A stretch of 21,220 bases of DNA from contig JAEOSH010000040.1 in assembly GCA_016840465.1 (NCBI GenBank), positions 1 through 21,220 on the forward strand. The letters run 5' to 3'. The translations under genes were made by a program, and so were the position numbers. This document shows, one piece after another, positions 1-7,052 of the stretch; position 1 is the stretch's first letter, and the number at the start of each line of letters is the position of its first letter. Below the pieces are notes generated by a model that searched no databases, had not been told where the DNA came from, and saw nothing but the letters and a program-made list of their open reading frames with translations. The stretch comes from Candidatus Baldrarchaeum yapensis. GTDB taxonomy: Archaea > Asgardarchaeota > Baldrarchaeia > Baldrarchaeales > Baldrarchaeaceae.

Positions 1-2
1 AG

Positions 3-161
3 ATTACGGGGATCGATTTATCTGAGTATACCGATCGGCCACGGGACCCCGATTCCCCCCTCCCCTGGGACCACATAGACGTAGGGATTCCCAAGACTTT
101 GCTTTTGCGCGAGTTCGAGAGGGCTTGTGAGTTCTTGAAGGAATCTTCCCCTGAGAAATAA
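3..161 (+). CDS. 3' end (partial) of a radical SAM protein, TIGR03960-like / B12-binding radical SAM family
   Basis: Frame 3 is open from the window edge to TAA at 159-161 and reads ITGIDLSEYTDRPRDPDSPLPWDHIDVGIPKTLLLREFERACEFLKESSPEK*. The LPWDHID-G---K--L-RE-E-A pattern is the C-terminal signature I recall for this family. Not in the ORF track. Confidence 0.65.
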   Translation: MTGIDLSEYTDRPRDPDSPLPWDHIDVGIPKTLLLREFERACEFLKESSPEK

Positions 162-241
162 CCTTACATCCGATCCATCGTTGTTCCATGACCGGAAGTA
201 CATTTAAAAGTTTTAGAAACTCAGAACTCCTAGGTGATGCT

Positions 242-496
242 ATGCCCACGATTGAGGTTTCCGAGGAGGTCATGGCGGCAATTCAAAAGATCTTAGAGGA
301 TCAGAGGTACAATTCCCTCGAGGAGGTTTTGATGGATGCAATCGCGCTCCTGATAGAGGATCTGTATTCGGAGGTTAAGCGCAAGGAGGACATCCCGAAG
401 GAGGTCCTGGATTTTCTGACAACGGTTGTCGCCAGACACTATGGGGGGACCGGCAACTGCCCATGTAGGGTCTGTAAGTTTTACCGGCGACTTTGA
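242..496 (+). CDS. Small ribbon-helix-helix (CopG/Arc/MetJ-like) protein with a C-terminal H-x6-C-x-C-x2-C motif
   Basis: ATG at 242 follows AGGTGATG (SD-like), with TTTAAAAG at ~203-210. MPTIEVSEEVMAAIQKILEDQRYNSLEEVLMDAIALLIE has the beta-alpha-alpha RHH pattern, and the tail is RHYGGTGNCPCRVC. The track start at 188 is probably too early. Confidence 0.65.
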   Translation: MPTIEVSEEVMAAIQKILEDQRYNSLEEVLMDAIALLIEDLYSEVKRKEDIPKEVLDFLTTVVARHYGGTGNCPCRVCKFYRRL

Positions 497-1644
497 TGAT
501 CCCTCCTCCTGTGGGCGCTTAGTATTTCCATCAGCCAGTTGACAAGCGAAATTAGTGGGGGGCATCCCGGAAGAAATCTTCCTAGGTGACTGTACTCCTG
601 AGCACAATCCCCCACCACGAGCACATTTCCCTCAACACTTTCCGGCACGTAGGGAGATCTTCCGACAATCACAGACAGTTTCCCGATCCTTTCGAGCAAG
701 TTACGGACCCTCAGCTCCTCAAGGATCACTCCCACCGGATCCAGGCACCCTATGCATGCCCCTCCCGCGTATATTTCCACGCCCTCGAATCTCCCGTAAA
801 GCCCCATAATTGGGCGCTTTATGTGCCTACGGACGGATGCGATGCTTTCGCCTACGATTTCTATCTTTTCGAGATCTCCCACACCTATACCCTCCCTCCA
901 CGCGACCCTGATCATCTCCACCTCCTCGGGATCGACCCCAACAACACTTGCGGATACTGCGTCTACCGCCACCACGTCTTCACCACCTATTACGATGTTA
1001 AGCGGGATTGGTGTACCGAGTACGGGACCCTGACCTTCCATTGCAATTATTCCGTCCATTATCGTCAAATCCGGCCTTATTACCCTCATTAGGTCGGCAA
1101 GCGCGATATTGAGGTCGCACCTATGGATCTTCACCCTATCCTCTCTCCTCAGTAGGCCCATCAGGTTCTTCATTCCCAGTGACAGGAGAGTGAATGTGTT
1201 TGTTTTCAGTTTCGGGATATTCACGAAGAAGTCGCATTCTAGGAGAATTCTTGGAAGTTTTACCTCTTTAAGTCTCTTTCCACCGGGTATTGGGACGACC
1301 ACGTGCTCCATCTTGTCGAGTCTCACTAGGTCCACGCCCGTCTCTCTTGCCACTGCGGCTATTCCGCTTCTTTCGAGGGTCAGATCGGAGGGTGCTACAA
1401 GCCCCTCGCCCTCCCCCAGTATTATTTTCTCGGCACCCATTTCTCTCAGCGCGCCAATTACGGCACGCACAATGAGAGGATGTGTTGTTGCAGCACGATT
1501 GGGAGAAAGCGCGGCGCATACATTTGGTTTGAGAAAGATAGTACCTTCCAGCTTTCTGTTAAACTTCAATAACTCTAGGACCTTTCGGATCGCTTGTTCA
1601 GAGTCTTCGTATCGCTCGCACCTCACGAGCGCGACTTTCGGCAT
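481..1644 (-). CDS. DUF362-family iron-sulfur protein (long form with C-terminal Cys motifs)
   Basis: 387 aa with IFLKPN, TTHP, VNIPKLKT...LSLGMKNLMG, IMDGIIAMEGQGP and DVVAVD motifs, plus C-terminal CIGC, GDC and GCPP. Confidence 0.9.
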   Translation of the reverse strand: MPKVALVRCERYEDSEQAIRKVLELLKFNRKLEGTIFLKPNVCAALSPNRAATTHPLIVRAVIGALREMGAEKIILGEGEGLVAPSDLTLERSGIAAVARETGVDLVRLDKMEHVVVPIPGGKRLKEVKLPRILLECDFFVNIPKLKTNTFTLLSLGMKNLMGLLRREDRVKIHRCDLNIALADLMRVIRPDLTIMDGIIAMEGQGPVLGTPIPLNIVIGGEDVVAVDAVSASVVGVDPEEVEMIRVAWREGIGVGDLEKIEIVGESIASVRRHIKRPIMGLYGRFEGVEIYAGGACIGCLDPVGVILEELRVRNLLERIGKLSVIVGRSPYVPESVEGNVLVVGDCAQEYSHLGRFLPGCPPLISLVNWLMEILSAHRRRDHQSRR

Positions 1645-1651
1645 TTCGACC

Positions 1652-2029
1652 TCACATCACGACTTTTATGCTTTTCACGAGCAGTTCCTTACCCCCGATG
1701 ATTTCTGTATCCTCGGAATCGCATTTAGGACAACGTAAGGATAACATGAAGTATGGTGTGTGGTACTCCGGTCCGCGATATTCCACTACGCCCTCGAAGC
1801 CGCAGTTATTGCATCTTATTTTAGGAGGTGATGTTTCTATTTTTATTTTCGCGCCGTCCGCTATTGTTTTTTCGAAGAGGAGTTCAAGGCAGAACTTCAG
1901 CTGGTCGAGATTAAGGAAAGTGAGCGAGCCAATCAGCAACTCCACTTCTACTACTTTCTTCGCCCTCCTCTCGCTGGCGACGCTTAACACAACCCCGCAG
2001 ATTTTCTGGGCTGTGGAGAATTCGTGCAT
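1652..2029 (-). CDS. hypA: Hydrogenase maturation nickel metallochaperone HypA
   Basis: N-terminal MHE Ni-binding motif (ATG at 2029, preceded by GGTG), two CxxC pairs (CNNC, CPKC) and C-terminal IIGGKELLVKSI. Confidence 0.93.
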   Translation of the reverse strand: MHEFSTAQKICGVVLSVASERRAKKVVEVELLIGSLTFLNLDQLKFCLELLFEKTIADGAKIKIETSPPKIRCNNCGFEGVVEYRGPEYHTPYFMLSLRCPKCDSEDTEIIGGKELLVKSIKVVM

Positions 2030-2130
2030 TGGATACACCGCCGCGCTACTGGTTTAAAGATACCCACATGCCACTTCCTAAACTTTTCTGTTATGTAGCA
2101 TTTTGCGAACTTTGGGATCCGACCGTAGAG

Positions 2131-2190
2131 GATACCTCAGACCGCTAAACGTTCATCACCGGTCAGGTGGTAACCAACTCATCATCGGCA
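2131..2190 (-). ncRNA. Box C/D 2'-O-methylation guide sRNA (double guide)
   Basis: Minus strand reads ATGATGA (C, 2185-2179), GTTGGTTACCAC (12-nt guide), CTGA (D', 2166-2163), CCG, GTGATGA (C', 2159-2153), ACGTTTAGCGGT (12-nt guide), CTGA (D, 2140-2137). All four boxes are perfect, spacing is canonical, and the locus is intergenic. The exact 5' and 3' ends are estimated. Confidence 0.92.
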
Positions 2191-2343
2191 GTCAGTTATT
2201 GTTGTTAACGCAATATTACCTTATTGCCTTCTGCCTACCAGATATTCCAGCAACGCCCTTCCATTCACCCCAACTTCAGTTATGGGAAGAGATTTATCAG
2301 AACCGCGCAAGTTTACTATAAAAGGGCGGCATGGTGGTTGATA

Positions 2344-2850
2344 ATGCCAAGCTGGGGAAGGGCCTTTGTGGTGGCGATAAAGGTCTTCTTGGTGGGACTC
2401 ATCTGGGCAATAATCGGGCAAATCATCATATGGATCGGTAGTTCGATGCTAATCGCCGCGCTCATTCCCGAACTCCAGCATGCTCAGAGACCTGAAGAGG
2501 TGTTACCATACGTCGGCCAGATGGTCGCAATAATGCTCCCCCTGCTAGTAGTTGGAGCGATAATAACCACGATCGGCGTCTACGCGACCCTCATAAAGTA
2601 CACGGTAGATGAGGCCGTTAAGGAGTGCAGGTCCATTCAGTCCCAGTACCCCGCATATCAGCCGTACCAGTACACGTATCCCGGTCCCCCGGCTCAGGTT
2701 ACGGAGGCAAAACCAATAAGGGTATGCCCAGTTTGCAAATCGGCTGTTCCGGAAGATGCCGTGTTTTGTCCAAATTGCGGGGCCAAATTGACGGGCGGTG
2801 CAGAAGAAACTACGGGTACGGGAACTCATGGCCACAGTAAGGGCATTTGA
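2344..2850 (+). CDS. Membrane protein (2-3 hydrophobic segments) with a Pro/Gln/Tyr-rich linker and C-terminal zinc ribbon
   Basis: ATG at 2344 follows GGTGG, with TATAAAAG at ~2317-2324. Hydrophobic N-terminal half, a YPAYQPYQYTYPGPP linker, then CPVC-x10-CPNCG. The track start at 2224 is probably too early. Confidence 0.8.
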   Translation: MPSWGRAFVVAIKVFLVGLIWAIIGQIIIWIGSSMLIAALIPELQHAQRPEEVLPYVGQMVAIMLPLLVVGAIITTIGVYATLIKYTVDEAVKECRSIQSQYPAYQPYQYTYPGPPAQVTEAKPIRVCPVCKSAVPEDAVFCPNCGAKLTGGAEETTGTGTHGHSKGI

Positions 2851-2977
2851 TGTATCCACAGCTTCCCAGTGCAGATGATGGGCAACCCTGGCAACTTATT
2901 GCTCTGGCATATGAGATGTCGAAGCGCGCGCCACATCTTGGGCACGTTATCAAGTTTCTCCCTCTTGCCACGTTCAT
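2810..2977 (-). CDS. Small Cys-rich (7 Cys) metal-binding protein
   Basis: ATG at 2977 follows GGAGG, with TTTAAA at ~3028-3033. MNVARGRNLITCPRCGARFDISYARAISCQGCPSSALGSCGYIKCPYCGHEFPYP contains CxxC, CxxCP, C and CPxC. Confidence 0.8.
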   Translation of the reverse strand: MNVARGRNLITCPRCGARFDISYARAISCQGCPSSALGSCGYIKCPYCGHEFPYP

Positions 2978-3199
2978 TCCTCCTTTTATGTCCTTAGCAT
3001 GCATTAGGATATTACGCTCTTAAGAGATTTAAAAATTCTCAAAGGAAGATCGATATTGACGTAGCAAGTGGGAGCATTATGCCATTAATCGCCACTCCGT
3101 ACTGTTACTTGACACCATTATTCACAACTCTCACATTAGCAAGTGGCGCGACTCACACACTTACCTACACCGTTCTGATTCTCCGCTACTTTTGTTGCA

Positions 3200-3353
3200 A
3201 TTGACGCGTGTGCGGCGGAAAGCCTTCCCGTCTCGGGGTCCATCGACGGGCTTTCGCGGGGAGCGGTACTCCGCACATCCATCTGACCCTCGCTCCGCCC
3301 TTTCGGGCTTCCCTTCCTCTCACCGTCCCTCCCACATCCCGGGCGGAGCCCGC
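3200..3353 (-). ncRNA. Unidentified GC-rich structured non-coding RNA
   Basis: About 68% GC by hand count over 3201-3350, between AT-richer flanks. Stems: GCTCCGCCC/GGGCGGAGC (3292-3300 with 3341-3349), TGTGCGG/CCGCACA (3209-3215 with 3271-3277), AAAGCC/GGCTTT and CCCGTC/GACGGG, plus a GCCC-GAAA-GGGC GNRA hairpin in the minus sense. A TATA-like element lies about 25 nt upstream. Confidence 0.6.
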
Positions 3354-3370
3354 TTAACACAACAGAAGTC

Positions 3371-3386
3371 CTTTATAAGGGTTTTG
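3371..3386 (-). promoter_or_regulatory. Probable BRE/TATA promoter for the 3200-3353 RNA
   Basis: Minus strand CAAAACC-CTTATAAAG, a purine-rich BRE-like run followed by TTATAAA. It predicts a start near 3350-3353, exactly where the GC-rich stems begin. Confidence 0.55.
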
Positions 3387-3500
3387 AGGTTGCAAAGGTG
3401 CGTGAAGGCAGCAAATGCAACACTATACGTTTCTGCCCCTCTCACCTCTCGTCGAGCATACCACTTTCATCGTACTTTGACGGTCATGGAAAATAAATTG

Positions 3501-3524
3501 GAAATTTTGAATAATCAAAATTTC
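3501..3524. repeat. Perfect 10-bp inverted repeat with 4-bp spacer (possible operator)
   Basis: GAAATTTTGA-ATAA-TCAAAATTTC. The repeat is seen directly; the function is inferred. Confidence 0.5.
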
Positions 3525-3704
3525 ACACAACTAATGTCTAATCCTATCATTCGTACCGGATCGTATACATTGATGAAGGATACTATTTGTGATACGAAGA
3601 TCACTATGGTAATGGTATGAGAATTTGCGTAGCAATTGATGATATGCTGTTGCTTCTCCGGTAATCGTTAGCACATGCGTCAGGTGGGGCGATAAAATAG
3701 GAAA

Positions 3705-4001
3705 TTACGTGATGTAGGAGAGAGATCTTGTGGATGCCCTCGTGGAGGGGGTGGGTTCTCCCTCCCTCTCGTCAGCAAGGGTGTGGAGGAGTTTACATAT
3801 CATTTCGAGGGACTTGCTTACCTCCATCAGGGAACTATCAACCTTGTCTTCGAATCTGTCCATAACTTCTATTACCAAGCGGAGGACGCTCTTTAGTGAT
3901 TCAACTTCTTTGCTAAGCCTCTCCAAGGCCTTCTCGAGTTTCTCTATTTTGGTCGCCATTTCCATTGTGGGTACCCTAGTGATCGAATGCATACCCTCCA
4001 T
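3705..4001 (-). CDS. Small hypothetical coiled-coil protein
   Basis: 98-aa ORF with heptad-like KIEKLEKALERLSKEVESLKSVL and GTGAT upstream of the ATG at 4001. The start could be at a later Met. Confidence 0.65.
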   Translation of the reverse strand: MEGMHSITRVPTMEMATKIEKLEKALERLSKEVESLKSVLRLVIEVMDRFEDKVDSSLMEVSKSLEMICKLLHTLADEREGEPTPSTRASTRSLSYIT

Positions 4002-4289
4002 ATATCACTTTTGTTAGGTATGATATCAAAATAGTTTTCTGGACAAAAACAATAATATGCCGGAAACATGTGGACATTACTGCAATCTTTTTGCACATCC
4101 CAAAAAGATCCTTTGAAGTTGCTCAAATCGCCAATTCCTTAAGGATCCACTCGATTGGTAAATCTCTTCCTCTCGACAAAATGGCATGCAAACATTTAGT
4201 TTTATGCTCGCCGCCGCGTGGTGCCTTAGTGGTAGAAATTTAAACTGATGGGAAGTAAGATATGCCAAACCTCTCGCGGGTAGGTTTAC

Positions 4290-4946
4290 ATGTTGCCGAC
4301 GGACGGAAGAATCCGTGGACTTGTGCTTAAAGAGCCGGACTTTCTGGCGGGACTGTGGTTCAACACCTTGCTTGAGCACTACGTTACCAAGAGCGTGGGA
4401 GTCATCGACAACTACTACATTACGGAACTTGTCAACTCCGAAAATCTTGGACTCTACTTTGAATTGTCACGGGCCTTTTCGAAGGATTTCCATATACTTA
4501 AGCTCTTCCCCAAAAATAGCGGAATAGGTGTCGAAAGGCTCGCATCTCTCAGGCCTCCGGACGCGCGCGAAGTTCTCATAGTTGCAACTCCGATAAGCGG
4601 GCTCTTCCCGAGGTATATTCCCGCAAGAGTTGTCATTCGCAGGATGAGAATTTCCCCGGAGTGTGCGGCGTTGGAGTTCCCGATAATTTACGAGTACGAG
4701 GGCACCTTCTTCACAATATTGTGCACATCTGAGTCCTTCGAGGAGGGAGGGCCGGAGCAGGAGATAAGGATATGGCACCTGGAGTTTGAGGGTTGGGAGC
4801 CGAGGACCGGCACCTTCTACGAACTTGAGAAGGAAGGAGGGCTCAGGCCAGTGAACCCCTCGGAGATGAATATCTACGGGAACTCGCGGATCATGCTTGT
4901 GAAGAGGGTAGTTGATTTTGTCGACCCGTTAGAGAGGTGGACCTGA
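4290..4946 (+). CDS. Hypothetical protein
   Basis: 218-aa ORF with protein-like composition and AGGT upstream of the ATG. I recognise no family. Confidence 0.72.
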   Translation: MLPTDGRIRGLVLKEPDFLAGLWFNTLLEHYVTKSVGVIDNYYITELVNSENLGLYFELSRAFSKDFHILKLFPKNSGIGVERLASLRPPDAREVLIVATPISGLFPRYIPARVVIRRMRISPECAALEFPIIYEYEGTFFTILCTSESFEEGGPEQEIRIWHLEFEGWEPRTGTFYELEKEGGLRPVNPSEMNIYGNSRIMLVKRVVDFVDPLERWT

Positions 4947-5335
4947 CCCTTTCTGCGCGTTGCGATATTTGTCTGATGATTTCATTTTGACAAAGTGAGC
5001 GCCTAATTTTTACTGAGAGAGCACCACTCTTTTTTAAGCGTCAGTTGCAAGAGGAATTAACGAAGTTTCGATGAAATATTATAATGGCTATTACAATCTC
5101 GTGAAATTTTTATATGTACCTTTGCAATTGTAGTGGAGGCGTGGTGCTGGTGTTTAAGCGTTCAAAGAGGCGATATCCGATTGAGGAGAGTTCGTGTAAG
5201 TATGAAGGAGAGAAGGTGAGTGACCCTAACAATAATTATTATTTAATGATAAGTGCAATCTCTAACTTAAAAGGAAAAATTAAGCGAAAATGTTGGAGAA
5301 ACGAATTTCTGCCGTGATAAGAGGTGAAATGAGGT

Positions 5336-6154
5336 TTGAAAAGCGTGAGAGATTTTCTATTTAGGTTGAGAGCAATATCGGTGTTGCAGTTGCTAAAGAG
5401 GTACTACACGTACCGGGTGCTATCAGAGATAACAAATGTCGATGCACCGACGCTCAACAGGTATGTCAAACGTGTACTCATGCCGACACTTAAGCGAGCG
5501 AGAAACATGGTCGATATTCTCGAAAAGAAAAGAGATCCCACGAGGGAGATCGTAAAGTGCATCCTGAAGTACAAGGGAAGAGATGCAATAAAGATGTTAT
5601 TCGCTAATAGGCCCGAACTTGTCGGGTGGATGCTGGATAGAATTTGTGAGGAGATAAGCAGAAAGGATATTGATATATTCCTATGTACGAGTGATGGTGG
5701 CTTTGCACTATCGTCGGTGCTTGCGGCAATTTTAGGAAAGAAGGTGATAGTTGCCGAGAGAGGAGCACCTAAGACGCCGGAGGTTGTAAGAGAGCGCACG
5801 CGAGTGCCATATAAGGACCTCATTGAGAGGATTTCGTACCTTCACATGCTTCCGCTCGAGCCCGAGGAGGAGCTCTATATTCCGAATGAGTACATAAGAG
5901 AGGTCGGCAAAAACGTCCGCACGGTGATAATTACGGACATGATGTGGACGGGAAGTACGTTTTACACGCTGGTGTCTCTAGCTAAGAAGATAGGAATGGA
6001 GATAAGGCATGGGGTTGTTGCGATAGTTGCGATCGAAAAAATTATCGAGAGGATGCGCAGGGACGTGGAGTTTCCAATAAGTTATCTGATAGCGCTGGAC
6101 AGGTATGAGGAGTTTCGAGAGTACGTTGAGGATCTTCAGAAGGGGGTCTTATGA
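5336..6154 (+). CDS. HTH-containing phosphoribosyltransferase-fold protein (archaeal APRT/PurR-like regulator)
   Basis: TTG start 8 nt after GAGGTGA. The N-terminal HTH RLRAISVLQLLKRYYTYRVLSEITNVDAPTLNRYV is followed by a type I PRTase domain with the PRPP loop VIITDMMWTGST. Confidence 0.85.
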   Translation: MKSVRDFLFRLRAISVLQLLKRYYTYRVLSEITNVDAPTLNRYVKRVLMPTLKRARNMVDILEKKRDPTREIVKCILKYKGRDAIKMLFANRPELVGWMLDRICEEISRKDIDIFLCTSDGGFALSSVLAAILGKKVIVAERGAPKTPEVVRERTRVPYKDLIERISYLHMLPLEPEEELYIPNEYIREVGKNVRTVIITDMMWTGSTFYTLVSLAKKIGMEIRHGVVAIVAIEKIIERMRRDVEFPISYLIALDRYEEFREYVEDLQKGVL

Positions 6155-6177
6155 CCGCAATTTTTGCCAATTTTCGA

Positions 6178-6963
6178 TCACTCGCCTTTTATGTCCCTTA
6201 GTACTTGTTCAGCAACCTTCTTTCCCGAAAGCAACATTCCCCCAAAGATGGGGCCCATTCTGGGACAGCCATGCAATGCAGCGGCGGCCATGCCCGCGAC
6301 GTACAATCCGTCACATACCTTTCCGGACATCTCCACAACCAGTTGTTCTCCCTTAGCTGCGAACATTGCTCCCTCTCCCTTAACCGAAATATCGAGTTGA
6401 GGTATTTTTTTAGCGGCTATAGAAACAACCTCCGCGTTGTGTCCGGTGCAGTCAATCACCGCCTTCGCCCTCACCGCAAGCGGATCAACATGCAGGTTGG
6501 AAAGTGACACCGCCGTCCACTGAATCACCACACCAGTTATTCTGAGAGGAACCTCACGGTAAATCACGTCCTCAACCGTGACGCCTAAGATTATTTTGAC
6601 GCCAGAATCTATCGCCGCGCTTGCGAGTTTTGCTATCATCTCCGCAGAGTCGGCGACGAAAACGTTCTCGCTGACCTTCTCGACCTTGCAGCCAACTTCC
6701 CTTAATATTTCATCTGCTGGGCTTTCAACTACCACCTTGTGGAAGAGCATTCCTCCCCCGCCTATTCCTCCTCCGAATGACAGCATTTTCTCGAAAAGTA
6801 CTGTTTTCAGCCCCGATTTGCTGAGGTATCTTGCGGCGGTCAGTCCCGAGGGCCCCGCTCCCACGACCACTACGTCGACATCAGCTATATCGACCCAGTC
6901 CATTGCGGCCTGATCGATGATCGCCCTTGTTATGACGCGCTCGTCAACAGCGGTTAGAGACAT
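6178..6963 (-). CDS. thi4: Sulfide-dependent adenosine diphosphate thiazole synthase (Thi4, His-type)
   Basis: [19 protein letters not shown] (His rather than the suicide Cys of yeast THI4), DCTGH and [13 protein letters not shown] motifs; GGTGA SD. Confidence 0.95.
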   Translation of the reverse strand: MSLTAVDERVITRAIIDQAAMDWVDIADVDVVVVGAGPSGLTAARYLSKSGLKTVLFEKMLSFGGGIGGGGMLFHKVVVESPADEILREVGCKVEKVSENVFVADSAEMIAKLASAAIDSGVKIILGVTVEDVIYREVPLRITGVVIQWTAVSLSNLHVDPLAVRAKAVIDCTGHNAEVVSIAAKKIPQLDISVKGEGAMFAAKGEQLVVEMSGKVCDGLYVAGMAAAALHGCPRMGPIFGGMLLSGKKVAEQVLRDIKGE

Positions 6964-7052
6964 CTTCTATCACCATGGATTTTATAGGACACACTGGGAA
7001 GTTAAGTTATTAAGTGAGAATATGAAGATTGTGCAGAGCACTGTACCGTGTA

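Noticed and set aside
2982-2993. CCTTTTATGTCC, repeated at 6185-6196
   Set aside because: A single 12-bp match in unrelated contexts (an RBS region versus the thi4 C-terminal codons); most likely chance.
3062-3146. Direct repeat TAGCAAGTGG at 3062-3071 and 3137-3146
   Set aside because: Only two 10-bp copies 75 nt apart. Not a CRISPR array and plausibly chance.
3262-3267. The D guide of the C/D sRNA matches ACCGCU in the unidentified RNA
   Set aside because: Only 6 nt of complementarity, well below a normal guide duplex of about 10 bp or more.
3200-3375. RNase P, SRP, 5S, H/ACA or riboswitch identity for the GC-rich element
   Set aside because: The diagnostic motifs are absent. ACAGAAG at ~3362 is on the wrong strand and has no P4 partner, and the ACA after the last stem lacks a clear K-turn and pocket.
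3571-3690. TTGATGA motifs resembling C boxes
   Set aside because: No CTGA D box at a suitable distance.
4973-5016. Possible second C/D sRNA (CTGATGA ... CTGA, plus strand)
   Set aside because: The C box is CUGAUGA, D' and C' are poor, the first guide would be only about 7 nt and U-rich, and the span is shorter than the real sRNA at 2137-2185.
5114-5317. 67-aa ORF upstream of the HTH-PRTase
   Set aside because: AT-rich low-complexity composition with no family resemblance. An SD-like GGAGG is present, so it is not fully excluded.
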